The notes under the pieces: generated by a model
Told to the model about the DNA's origin: nothing
Seen by the model: the letters and a program-made list of their open reading frames with translations, nothing else
Databases searched by the model: none
Shown: positions 1 to 9,840 of the stretch, in pieces
How the letters are laid out: each line of letters opens with the position of its first letter
How positions within the stretch are numbered: position 1 is the stretch's first letter
DNA from: Deltaproteobacteria bacterium
Lineage (GTDB): Bacteria; Desulfobacterota; DSM-4660; Desulfatiglandales; Desulfatiglandaceae
DNA length: 64,000 nt
Assembly (NCBI GenBank): GCA_019307815.1
Contig: JAFDIV010000003.1
Span: 6,353 to 70,352, forward strand
Direction: 5' to 3'
Translations under genes and position numbers: made by a program

Positions 1-21
1 CAAACTATTAAAAAATACGAC

Positions 22-1395
22 ATGATCCGGCCCCACGAGAAAATCATGGTGGCTGTATCAGGTGGACCTGACTCCATATGCCTTTTGGATGTGCTCTATA
101 GATTGACAGAGACATTCCAGGCTCAGTTGATGGTGGCCCATTTTGATCATGGGCTACGACCCGGTGAAGACCAAGAAGAGACCAGGTTTGTGGAGCGCAT
201 TGCCCAAGGCTATGGATTGCCTATTCATACCGGAAAGGCAGAACCCATGCCTTCTAAGGGCTCGGTGGAGGAGCATGCAAGGAAACAACGCTATCGATTC
301 CTGGAAGAAGTCAGAAGGCAGCACCAGGCCCACAAAATTGCCATGGGCCACCAGCTCAATGACCAGGCCGAGACCGTGTTGATGAGGCTTTTGCGGGGAA
401 GCGGCCTCTCCGGCCTGGGAGGCATCCCGCCAAAACGGGACCATATTATCATTAGACCTCTCATCGAGACAACCAGGGAGGAGATTATGGCCTACCTTGG
501 GGCCAAGGGGCTCACCTGGGTACAGGACTCTTCCAACCTCAGCACCGCTTACTTGAGAAACAAGATCCGTCTGGAACTGATTCCCCTGTTGAAGAGCTAT
601 CAACCTAACATCATAGAGACCTTGGGTAGAAGCGCCGAGATATATCGCCAGGAGGATGCCTGGTTCCAGGCTGAGGCCAGAGACTGGCTAATGGAGCACG
701 CCCGGTTCGGCCCCAATGGCCAAATCACTACCTCCATCTTCCATCTGAGCACCCTTCCAGCCCCCTTTCAAAGGAGGGTCCTACGGGAGATGATCAGAAC
801 GGCCGCTGGCGGCCTTCGAAGAGTCTCATTGGACCACATCCGCCTTGCCTCCGAACTTGCCAAGAGCCCCTCAGCCCAGGCAGAGATCATGCTCCCGCGG
901 GGTCTTGTGATCAAAAAGAGGTACGACCACCTGATTGTGGAACCGCGCCGTATTCTTCTGGGAGATTACGCCTATACACTTGAAGGGCCTGGATCGCATT
1001 TTCTAGGAGCCATAAATAGTACAATCAGTGTTCAGGAGGGATCCAGAGGCCAGGACCTGGAACTTGGGCGATCCTGTTGGGAGGCCTACCTGGATGCAGA
1101 TAAAATCACCTATCCGCTGATGGTGAGGAATTTCCGGCCCGGAGATCGCCTTATCCCCCTGGGGATGCGGGGCCATAAGAAGGTCCATGACCTGTTCGTG
1201 GATTTAAAGATTCCGTTGGAGATTCGAGCCGTGCTTCCAATCCTTGTTAGTGATAACAGGCTGGTCTGGGTAGCTGGGCTCAGGCTGGATGACCGGTTCA
1301 AGATCACAGGGCAAACAAAGAGGGTCTTATATGTTAAATTACAGGGAGAAATTGTAAGGAGTTTCAATCCGGAAGGGCAAGAGAGGTCAGATTGA
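22..1395 (+). CDS. tilS: tRNA(Ile)-lysidine synthetase
   Basis: 457-aa ORF. It has the N-terminal PP-loop ATPase motif SGGPDS (VAVSGGPDSICLL) followed by HFDHGLR. Length and architecture are typical of TilS. Confidence 0.9.
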   Translation: MIRPHEKIMVAVSGGPDSICLLDVLYRLTETFQAQLMVAHFDHGLRPGEDQEETRFVERIAQGYGLPIHTGKAEPMPSKGSVEEHARKQRYRFLEEVRRQHQAHKIAMGHQLNDQAETVLMRLLRGSGLSGLGGIPPKRDHIIIRPLIETTREEIMAYLGAKGLTWVQDSSNLSTAYLRNKIRLELIPLLKSYQPNIIETLGRSAEIYRQEDAWFQAEARDWLMEHARFGPNGQITTSIFHLSTLPAPFQRRVLREMIRTAAGGLRRVSLDHIRLASELAKSPSAQAEIMLPRGLVIKKRYDHLIVEPRRILLGDYAYTLEGPGSHFLGAINSTISVQEGSRGQDLELGRSCWEAYLDADKITYPLMVRNFRPGDRLIPLGMRGHKKVHDLFVDLKIPLEIRAVLPILVSDNRLVWVAGLRLDDRFKITGQTKRVLYVKLQGEIVRSFNPEGQERSD

Positions 1396-1509
1396 TAGCA
1401 AAGGGCAAACTTCACCTTCTCCGCCTCTGGCGGCTTCAGAACAATGGGTGCGACTAAAGGCTACAAGAGGTTTACCAACCGGAAAAGCACGGCCAACTGA
1501 GCCAGTCAG

Positions 1510-1977
1510 TCAACCAACTTCTTGTTTATAGGCAAACGTAGTGTTTGCGAAATCCATAAACCCCCTCTTTTGATGACTTACCTTGGGTCGTTTTGCGCGG
1601 AAAAACCTGATCAGGTACGCCCATGCCTTTTCATGATCCATGTGGTTGCCACATGTCTCAAAGGTGATGGCGGCAAAATTATACTCCGGCCATGTGTGAA
1701 CAGCTAGATGGGACTCGGCGATGGTTACCGTCCCGCTTACCCCCCAAGGTTGGAAGGTATGGAAGGACTCACCCACCACCTCTGCTCCCATGAGTTCTGC
1801 CGCCTCAAGCATGCCCTGCCTGATCAGTTCCGCATCCACAAGCCTTTGACGGTCGCACTCATATAGATCGATGAGAACAAGGTCGAGTAAGGCATTCAAT
1901 TTCCCGCTCTCACTTTCTATATGGTGATTTAGGCCTTGAAGTTCCCAGCTCCTTTCAATGGACTTTGGATCTTCCAA
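1510..1977 (-). CDS. speH: S-adenosylmethionine decarboxylase proenzyme (small, SpeH-type)
   Basis: 155 aa. GVSGTVTIAESHLAVHTWPEY matches the self-processing Glu-Ser site and flanking HTWPE motif of pyruvoyl AdoMetDC. Confidence 0.85.
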   Translation of the reverse strand: MEDPKSIERSWELQGLNHHIESESGKLNALLDLVLIDLYECDRQRLVDAELIRQGMLEAAELMGAEVVGESFHTFQPWGVSGTVTIAESHLAVHTWPEYNFAAITFETCGNHMDHEKAWAYLIRFFRAKRPKVSHQKRGFMDFANTTFAYKQEVG

Positions 1978-2061
1978 TCCTGGGACAGATCCGTTTGGAA
2001 ATTTCCAGGCTCACACAAAATGCTCTGTATATGCTAATTTCACCCGCGAGTCAAGAAATAA

Positions 2062-3114
2062 TCATGCAGGGGCTCGGGAATTTTCCCAGAATTTTTTTAA
2101 ATTCTTTCGAAAAGGGGGCCGGATGATTCCTTTTTCCGTAATGATTGCAGTCACATACTTGGAAGGCGTAATATCAAAGGCAGGATTAAGGGCCCTGAGG
2201 CCGGGAGGGGCAAGGCGTTGCTTTCCTACTCGATAGATCTCTTCCGGAGCCCTTTCCTCAACCGGTATCATATCCCCGCTTTTGAGGCGAATATCCACTG
2301 TTGACATAGGGGCAGCCACGTAAAAAGGAATACCGTTGGCCTTGGCAAGGACGGCCACCTGGTAAGTACCGATTTTGTTTGCCACGTCGCCGTTGGCAGC
2401 TATGCGGTCTGCACCTGTGATAACCAGATCGATGCGCCCTTTTCTCATAAGAAACCCTGCCGCATTGTCTGCGATAACAGAGACCGGAATCCCATCCTGC
2501 ATAAGCTCAAAGCTCGTAAGCCTGAGGCCCTGCAGCCACGGCCTAGTCTCATCAGCAATCACCTTAATGTCTTTGCCTTTTTCGTGGGCAGCGCGGATCA
2601 CTCCAAGGGCAGTGCCATACCCCCCGGTCGCAAGGGCCCCTGCATTGCAATGGGTAAGAACAGTGGCCCCCTTTGGAACAAGCTTTTGCCCATACTGCCC
2701 CATTTTCTTGTTACACTCTATGTCTTCTTCCAGAATTTTCTCAGATTCCGTCCTGAGGGCCTCTTTGATTTCATCCACCGAGCACTCGGCCATGGACTCC
2801 ACAAGGTTTTTCATTCGCTCCACTGCCCATTGAAGATTCACGGCAGTAGGACGAGCAGCGGCCATTTTTTCGCCCAATATCAGGAATTGTCGCCGAAAAG
2901 CCTCATAGGACCTAGCACGAATCCTGTTCGCCCCAAGGGCAAGCCCCATCCCGGCTGCAATGCCTATAGCAGGAGCCCCCCTGATCACCATCTTCCTTAT
3001 GGCTGCAATCACCTCCCCGCCCCTCTTACAGACATACCACTGGACCTTGTTGGGCAATTTCCTCTGATCTATCATCCAGACCTCTGAGTCGTGCCATTTT
3101 ATCGTGGGAATCAT
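2062..3114 (-). CDS. mtnA: S-methyl-5-thioribose-1-phosphate isomerase (eIF-2B alpha/beta/delta family)
   Basis: 350 aa. The N-terminus (IKWHDSEVWMIDQRKLP), then VIRGAPAIGIAA, TRPWLQG and GADRIAANGDVANKIGTY are characteristic MtnA strings. It sits next to speH, consistent with methionine salvage and polyamine metabolism. Confidence 0.9.
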   Translation of the reverse strand: MIPTIKWHDSEVWMIDQRKLPNKVQWYVCKRGGEVIAAIRKMVIRGAPAIGIAAGMGLALGANRIRARSYEAFRRQFLILGEKMAAARPTAVNLQWAVERMKNLVESMAECSVDEIKEALRTESEKILEEDIECNKKMGQYGQKLVPKGATVLTHCNAGALATGGYGTALGVIRAAHEKGKDIKVIADETRPWLQGLRLTSFELMQDGIPVSVIADNAAGFLMRKGRIDLVITGADRIAANGDVANKIGTYQVAVLAKANGIPFYVAAPMSTVDIRLKSGDMIPVEERAPEEIYRVGKQRLAPPGLRALNPAFDITPSKYVTAIITEKGIIRPPFRKNLKKFWENSRAPA

Positions 3115-3156
3115 TATTTATTCCTTCAGCTTGCTATCTTGGTTCAGGGTGTGGGA

Positions 3157-3723
3157 TCATTCGACCTTATCTTCTTCAAACAAAAATAATTGCTTGTCAT
3201 CAACCTTATTTTTTCTGCTTGTTTTTATTTTCTCGCGGGTCCTGTCCGAGGCAATTCCCCTCGATGCGCTCTCATGCTGGTCGACTAGCTTTCCCTCGTC
3301 AGCCTCATGGCCCAGCTCTTTTAGCATTGATGCAGGAATAACGAATCCCTCTTCTGTCTCATAGAATTCAAACATTCTAGCGATCTCAGGCCTGCACAAA
3401 TCCCTATGGCCGTGATACAAATCCAGGCTCTGTCTTATGCGACGAGCTTTTGAGCTTACGGTACTCTTCTTTGTTTGAAAAAAGGATATAATTTCATCGC
3501 TTGAAAGATAATCGTCGCCCTCAGGGTCAAACAAGAAATTAAGCTGTGCTATAGCATAAACAATTCCTACTGCCCAAATTTCTTTTTTCCCTTGCGCCAA
3601 TGAAAGTTCTTCAGATTGACTCACCATATCACAAAGCCTAAGGGCATAGCCCTCGTTTAGGCAACATTTTTTGTACCTTTTCCCGCTACCACAAGGGCAC
3701 GGATCATTTCTCCCTACTTTCAT
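3157..3723 (-). CDS. SEC-C motif domain protein, function unknown
   Basis: 188 aa. The N-terminal [18 protein letters not shown] is the SEC-C metal-binding motif. I did not recognise the remainder. Confidence 0.7.
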   Translation of the reverse strand: MKVGRNDPCPCGSGKRYKKCCLNEGYALRLCDMVSQSEELSLAQGKKEIWAVGIVYAIAQLNFLFDPEGDDYLSSDEIISFFQTKKSTVSSKARRIRQSLDLYHGHRDLCRPEIARMFEFYETEEGFVIPASMLKELGHEADEGKLVDQHESASRGIASDRTREKIKTSRKNKVDDKQLFLFEEDKVE

Positions 3724-3965
3724 GCCCTATCTCCTTTCACGGATGCATCATATGGCTACCCCCCCAAAAATGGCAAACAAAAGTCCATGATACCGAGGTC
3801 CAGGCGCATTACAAGATCTTGAAGTTACCAATTATTGGGATCTCCACGGAGAATATGCAAGCAAAATAAAGTGGCCTCCTCGTATGCTCAAGCCAAAAAA
3901 GCGATTCTGGAATTTGACTCATTGTGCAATAATTAAAGACGATCCAGCAATGAGGAAGTGAGAAA

Positions 3966-4745
3966 ATGAAGATAGCAGTTTCGTCAGAGGGTCAGGAACT
4001 GAACTCAAAAGTTGCCAACAGGCTAGGACTGGCCCCCTATTTGATTATTGTTGATCTTGAAACCATGGAGCACAAGGCTGCAGAAAATCCTGGCCACGCG
4101 GGGACAGGTGGCATGCAGGCAGTAGTACTAGCAATCAAGGAAAATGTCCAGGTTGTGCTTACAGGTTATTGCAGTCCAGTGGCTGAGGCATATTTGAAGA
4201 AAAACGGCATCAGAATTGTCCGTGGCGCAAAGGGGACGGTCAAAAATGCAGTAAACGAGTATGCAAAAAAACATAAGGCCCTAAATAGTCTATCAGGGCA
4301 CTTTCCTATTACGAGCAAGACACGGGAAAAGGTGGCCGAAGCCATGATAAGGACTGCCAGGCAGTTCGGAAAAATGCTCCCGATCTTGATTGGTGTTATT
4401 TTTCTAATGGGTCTGCTTAAGGCATTTGTTTCAAAAAAAATGCTCCTCTCAGTGTTTTTCGGCAATGTTATATGGGATACTGTTAAAGGAGCGTGCCTTG
4501 GGAGCATCCTGCCTGGCAATCCCATCAACAGCTACATCATAGGAGGAGAGATGCTGGAAAACGATGTAAGCCTTTTTGCCGTCACTGCATTTGTGATGAC
4601 CTGGGTCAGCGTAGGACTGGTTCAATTGCCTGCTGAAATGGCGGCCTTGGGGCGGAGGTTTTCGCTCATAAGAAATGCCGTTTCATTAGTAGTTTCTATT
4701 GGGGCGGCTATAGTGACTGTTTTTATATTTAATCTTATTAGGTGA
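3966..4745 (+). CDS. NifB/NifX-like small domain fused to a membrane (permease-like) domain
   Basis: 259 aa. The first ~100 aa resemble the dinitrogenase FeMo-cofactor-binding-type domain (MKIAVSSEG...YLIIVDLET...VVLTGYCSP). The C-terminal half is hydrophobic with several putative TM helices. Confidence 0.55.
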   Translation: MKIAVSSEGQELNSKVANRLGLAPYLIIVDLETMEHKAAENPGHAGTGGMQAVVLAIKENVQVVLTGYCSPVAEAYLKKNGIRIVRGAKGTVKNAVNEYAKKHKALNSLSGHFPITSKTREKVAEAMIRTARQFGKMLPILIGVIFLMGLLKAFVSKKMLLSVFFGNVIWDTVKGACLGSILPGNPINSYIIGGEMLENDVSLFAVTAFVMTWVSVGLVQLPAEMAALGRRFSLIRNAVSLVVSIGAAIVTVFIFNLIR

Positions 4746-4749
4746 TAAT

Positions 4750-5232
4750 ATGTTACGTTCCCTTACCTTTCCCTTGGCTGTAGCTGTAATTTACGGAGTG
4801 ACATTCATTGTGGCGCCTGCCGGCGCCATGCAAGCCCTTAAGGCCAGTACGTTTATTCTTGTAAGAGTCGGTATTGCACTCAGCTTGGTGTTTTTCCTAA
4901 TATTCGCTCTCAACCTTTTTGTCAAACCGGCCCATTTAGTCAGGCTTCTTGGAAAAGGCTCGGGGCCGAAAGGAATTCTCATTTCCACAGTTGCAGGTAT
5001 CCTATCAGTTGGTCCTATCTATGCTTGGCATCCCCTCTTACAAGAGCTAAAGTCAAAGGGTATGAGGGTATCCCTAATCGCAATATTCCTCAATTGCAGG
5101 GCAGTAAAACCGGCACTTTTGCCTGTGATGATATCTTACTTCGGAAGTATCTATGTGTTAATCTTCACTTTCACAATGATTTTGGCCTCATGGATATGCG
5201 GCTTGGCCGTTGAGATGGCTGTGCGTGAATAG
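4750..5232 (+). CDS. Integral membrane protein, probable second half of a two-part permease
   Basis: 160-aa strongly hydrophobic ORF starting 5 nt after the previous gene. Confidence 0.5.
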   Translation: MLRSLTFPLAVAVIYGVTFIVAPAGAMQALKASTFILVRVGIALSLVFFLIFALNLFVKPAHLVRLLGKGSGPKGILISTVAGILSVGPIYAWHPLLQELKSKGMRVSLIAIFLNCRAVKPALLPVMISYFGSIYVLIFTFTMILASWICGLAVEMAVRE

Positions 5233-5306
5233 AGGGCTGGGATAAGCTGGCCCCCTTTGTAAAAACCTCTCTTGTTTGAGTTTAAGGTTCCAAATCTCTG
5301 GCCAAC

Positions 5307-8300
5307 CTTTGAATCTCCTCTTCATCGGGACATGCTGTGGAACATCCGATATCCAAGAGCTAGACCAGCGCGATATTTACTTTCAGTTCCCTCTTCATTG
5401 GGACATGCTGTGTAACTTTTGATGCCTTGGAGGCCATAAACTGGGCGATAAACTCCTTTCAGTTCCCTCTTCATTGGGACATGCTGTGTAACTTTTTGTG
5501 CGGTATCGAACCAAGGCATGCCCGCAACCTTTCAGTTCCCTCTTCATTGGGACATGCTGTGTAACCATTCCAGATGAAGTGCTTAATAACCTTTATGATC
5601 TTTCAGTTCCCTCTTCATTGGGACATGCTGTGTAACCTTTCTGAGCGGACTATCTATAATCACCAGAAAGACTTTCAGTTCCCTCTTCATTGGGACATGC
5701 TGTGTAACTTCTTTATTCTTCGGATTTCATCATCCACCGTTTGTCTTTCAGTTCCCTCTTCATTGGGACATGCTGTGTAACCGAAAGGAGATCCTCGCTT
5801 TCGGGACATCCTAGAGACTTTCAGTTCCCTCTTCATTGGGACATGCTGTGTAACTAAACAATTGACTGTTTGCCGATCTGTTTTAAGGACTTTCAGTTCC
5901 CTCTTCATTGGGACATGCTGTGTAACTGTTCTAAAAGGGCTTATGAGAAACAGCCTATTTGCTTTCAGTTCCCTCTTCATTGGGACATGCTGTGTAACTT
6001 AAGGTTATTAAAAATCATTCTGAATTAGATCAAGACTTTCAGTTCCCTCTTCATTGGGACATGCTGTGTAACAGTTGGAAGAGGCCGGAGGTGTTACCCT
6101 TTTTGAGGCTTTCAGTTCCCTCTTCATTGGGACATGCTGTGTAACTTATAAATCCTCCATGTTAGGCATTAGGCGCAAATGGCTTTCAGTTCCCTCTTCA
6201 TTGGGACATGCTGTGTAACCGCTGAGCCTGACCATGGCATAATAGGAGACTAAAACTTTCAGTTCCCTCTTCATTGGGACATGCTGTGTAACCAAATATG
6301 ATGGCTCGAATAAGCAAACTGTTCTAGCTTTCAGTTCCCTCTTCATTGGGACATGCTGTGTAACAGCATATTTCATTGCAGTTCCTTTGCCAGTGGCAGA
6401 GCTTTCAGTTCCCTCTTCATTGGGACATGCTGTGTAACTATTCTACAACTTATGGTGAATATCCAGATAACTATCTTTCAGTTCCCTCTTCATTGGGACA
6501 TGCTGTGTAACTTTGGTGTGATCCCGAATAGCAATCGTATGTCTAGGCTTTCAGTTCCCTCTTCATTGGGACATGCTGTGTAACTTTTCAATAGATTCCT
6601 TAGTTATTCCACGTTTATAACTTTCAGTTCCCTCTTCATTGGGACATGCTGTGTAACTTATATTCCTCACTTCCAATTTTCATTTCCATGTCTACTTTCA
6701 GTTCCCTCTTCATTGGGACATGCTGTGTAACCTAGATTTTGACAAGATAACCAAACCAAAGAATGTCTTTCAGTTCCCTCTTCATTGGGACATGCTGTGT
6801 AACTCTATCAGACCAATATATTCAAATATCGGAGAGTGTCTTTCAGTTCCCTCTTCATTGGGACATGCTGTGTAACCCCAGCATATAACGATGAGGGGAG
6901 CTTTAGCTCCTAACTTTCAGTTCCCTCTTCATTGGGACATGCTGTGTAACGGTATAAATAACTACATAGCCCCAGCAATATTATACCTTTCAGTTCCCTC
7001 TTCATTGGGACATGCTGTGTAACTGGGAAATTAAAACCAGCTCAGTTGGGCACTGAGACTTTCAGTTCCCTCTTCATTGGGACATGCTGTGTAACTGCTG
7101 GGGGTCCCCAGCGGTATCCATCTCCGTTGCCCTTTCAGTTCCCTCTTCATTGGGACATGCTGTGTAACATCCTCTTATTCGCAATAAAGCAGCTTATTTA
7201 CTTCTTTCAGTTCCCTCTTCATTGGGACATGCTGTGTAACAACTAAATTATTGCAGTCCATGTCTGACCAAACTCCTTTCAGTTCCCTCTTCATTGGGAC
7301 ATGCTGTGTAACCAAGGAAAAATCGGGGCGATGTCCCCGATTCATTGTCTTTCAGTTCCCTCTTCATTGGGACATGCTGTGTAACAACTGTAGAAGATTA
7401 TTATACATTCGCAAGTCATGACTTTCAGTTCCCTCTTCATTGGGACATGCTGTGTAACATCCTGCTCGCGGGCTCTTCCTGAAAGCTAAGACATCTTTCA
7501 GTTCCCTCTTCATTGGGACATGCTGTGTAACTCTACGTCCCACCATGAGGTGGCGTCGAAGTCTTCCTTTCAGTTCCCTCTTCATTGGGACATGCTGTGT
7601 AACTGACGTTAACCGATGGCCGCCGCGGCCGCGTCATTACTTTCAGTTCCCTCTTCATTGGGACATGCTGTGTAACATTTGTGGCGAGCCCCTGGAGGTC
7701 ATCACGAACGAGCTTTCAGTTCCCTCTTCATTGGGACATGCTGTGTAACACTTACTGATAATCAACTATGATATCCTGTCCAGTTCTTTCAGTTCCCTCT
7801 TCATTGGGACATGCTGTGTAACTGGATCAGGAACATTGGCGACATTATCAGATCCTTTCTTTCAGTTCCCTCTTCATTGGGACATGCTGTGTAACTTCTG
7901 CAGTTCCTGGTGGACCATCACCACATAAAACCTTTCAGTTCCCTCTTCATTGGGACATGCTGTGTAACTGAGCAACAAATAGGAAGGATCCTCAAAACCA
8001 TGCTCTTTCAGTTCCCTCTTCATTGGGACATGCTGTGTAACTGAAAGGATTGCTCGATGAAGTGTATTAAAAAAGACTTTCAGTTCCCTCTTCATTGGGA
8101 CATGCTGTGTAACAACAATAGGGGGTGCGATCGGACAGGTTTTCACAAACTTTCAGTTCCCTCTTCATTGGGACATGCTGTGTAACGGAACGTGATGGTT
8201 TTATTGGTCTAAAGGATTTTCCCTTTCAGTTCCCTCTTCATTGGGACATGCTGTGTAACAATCTGTCTGTTATGTCAATTACCTTGGGCATATTCTTTCA

Positions 8301-8772
8301 GTTCCCTCTTCATTGGGACATGCTGTGTAACTTCAGGAAGTGAACTTCGTCGAACACTATAGCCTTCTTTCAGTTCCCTCTTCATTGGGACATGCTGTGT
8401 AACACTAAGGACAAAATCGTTCTAATCTGTAAATGAAAGGCTTTCAGTTCCCTCTTCATTGGGACATGCTGTGTAACTACAATAGCGAATATTACCTTAA
8501 GTGTTCACACAACAGCTTTCAGTTCCCTCTTCATTGGGACATGCTGTGTAACGTATCTGAGCAGACCCAGAGGGAGGGAAAGAAGTTTGCTTTCAGTTCC
8601 CTCTTCATTGGGACATGCTGTGTAACGTCAGGCGAGTGCTGACTCGACAGATGAGAAGTCCATCTTTCAGTTCCCTCTTCATTGGGACATGCTGTGTAAC
8701 CATTGATGAAAAGTTGGATCTTATGACACAGGCATCTTTCAGTTCCCTCTTCATTGGGACATGCTGTGTAAC
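5307..8772 (-). CRISPR. CRISPR array: 47 intact 37-bp repeats plus 1 degenerate terminal repeat, 47 spacers of 34-39 bp (mode 36)
   Basis: The plus-strand repeat is CTTTCAGTTCCCTCTTCATTGGGACATGCTGTGTAAC. The first intact copy is at 5380-5416 and the last at 8736-8772, with a period of ~71-76 bp. A degenerate copy at 5307-5343 has 6 mismatches. The transcribed-strand form, GTTACACAGCATGTCCCAATGAAGAGGGAACTGAAAG, ends in ...GAAAG and has the same orientation as the cas genes. The degenerate repeat lies at the cas-distal end. Confidence 0.98.
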
Positions 8773-8872
8773 AGATGCACAAGGGCAAAAAAATATTAGC
8801 AGATTTTTGTTGATGAAAACAATGTTTTTCGAAAGCTCACTTTTCGAGCAAAAAGCCAGGAGGCTTGCGAAA
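8773..8872 (-). promoter_or_regulatory. CRISPR leader (AT-rich) with candidate promoter
   Basis: This is a 100-bp AT-rich stretch between the cas4 stop and the first repeat. On the minus strand there is a TAATAT -10-like hexamer (plus-strand coordinates 8793-8798) about 20 nt upstream of the first repeat, with TTGTTT 18 nt further upstream. A small AAGCC-TCCT-GGCTT hairpin followed by Ts sits just after cas4. Confidence 0.55.
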
Positions 8873-9511
8873 TCACCATACATCGCGGCAATAATTCTGG
8901 TACTCACAGTCAGTACACTTTGCCCTCGAGGAGGCCGCTTGGGGAAATCTTTCGTTCACTATCATCTCTCTAATCCGGCTTAGGGTATTTAGGCACTCTA
9001 CCTTCACCTCTTCTGAAAGATCAAAGACAACCGCATCCTTTTGCGGGATGAGGTATATGAAGCCTTTCTCCACAGGCCGACCAAGCTGGTCCTCTAAGAT
9101 AAGGGCATACCCTCCAAGCTGGTAGAGATGGTTCTTGTGCGGCCTCCCTCTGGTGAATTTGAAGTCAACCGGGTATACCGCTTCATCGGTCTCTATTGCC
9201 ATATCCAGTTTTCCTGAGAGTCCAAGGGAAGCCGAGTGCACCCACCAGTTGAATCGCCTCGTGCCTTCTGCTAGGCCGTATACCCTTAGTTTCCTTCTTC
9301 TTTCCAGTAGCTCCAAGTCTTCTTGCGCGGCCTTCCCTTTTTCCATCTTATATGTCACGGCCTTGTCCACCGGCATGACATACTGGTAATAGACCACCCG
9401 CGGACAATAATAATACTGCTTGAGGTCACTGACCTTGAGTTCAGGCCTATTCGTTTCCATCTTCTTCTGCGAATTCAATATACTCCTTGTATTCCCTAAA
9501 ATCCTTTTCAC
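8873..9511 (-). CDS. cas4: CRISPR-associated exonuclease Cas4 (RecB-like, 4-Cys)
   Basis: It has an N-terminal Cys in YYCPRVVYY, a D-x-K nuclease core at PVDFKFTRG, and a C-terminal CTDCEYQNYC cluster. The likely true start is MET... at 9460. Confidence 0.85.
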   Translation of the reverse strand: MKRILGNTRSILNSQKKMETNRPELKVSDLKQYYYCPRVVYYQYVMPVDKAVTYKMEKGKAAQEDLELLERRRKLRVYGLAEGTRRFNWWVHSASLGLSGKLDMAIETDEAVYPVDFKFTRGRPHKNHLYQLGGYALILEDQLGRPVEKGFIYLIPQKDAVVFDLSEEVKVECLNTLSRIREMIVNERFPQAASSRAKCTDCEYQNYCRDVW

Positions 9512-9791
9512 ATACGGGTTGAATCAGGACCTTGCCATTCGCTCCCTCAAGGTTGTCCCTCAATCTTAAGGCCAGCTCTTCCCTCTTGTTCTTGGAAAGA
9601 TACCCAACAAAACCGCTGAACTGCGTCCTCTCAAGACCAAAGTCCTTGCATATACGGGCGGCCCTATTCCTAACCTTGTCTTCTTCTATGTCGTAAAATA
9701 CGTAAACGATCACCTCTCCCGGTCGCCCCACAAGATCGAGGGCGTTTATGCCTGTCTTGATCATTTCGTGTTTCTTTATGATCTTGCCCAT
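9447..9791 (-). CDS. cas2: CRISPR-associated endoribonuclease Cas2
   Basis: 114 aa. VIVYVFYDIEEDKVRNRAARICKDFGLERTQFSGFVG matches the ferredoxin-fold Cas2 pattern. It sits between cas1 and cas4. Confidence 0.85.
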   Translation of the reverse strand: MGKIIKKHEMIKTGINALDLVGRPGEVIVYVFYDIEEDKVRNRAARICKDFGLERTQFSGFVGYLSKNKREELALRLRDNLEGANGKVLIQPVCEKDFREYKEYIEFAEEDGNE

Positions 9792-9840
9792 GCGCTCGTC
9801 CCAAGGAAGGCGGTTATCTTCACCTGACAGCCACCCTCCT

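Noticed and set aside
5322-8983. About 20 ORFs of 65-122 aa on both strands, containing reiterated FQFPLHWDMLCN / TQHVPMKRELK / YTACPNEEGTE peptides.
   Set aside because: They are translations of the CRISPR repeat in different frames, joined through spacers. The periodic identical peptide is an artefact of the array and does not indicate a repeat protein.
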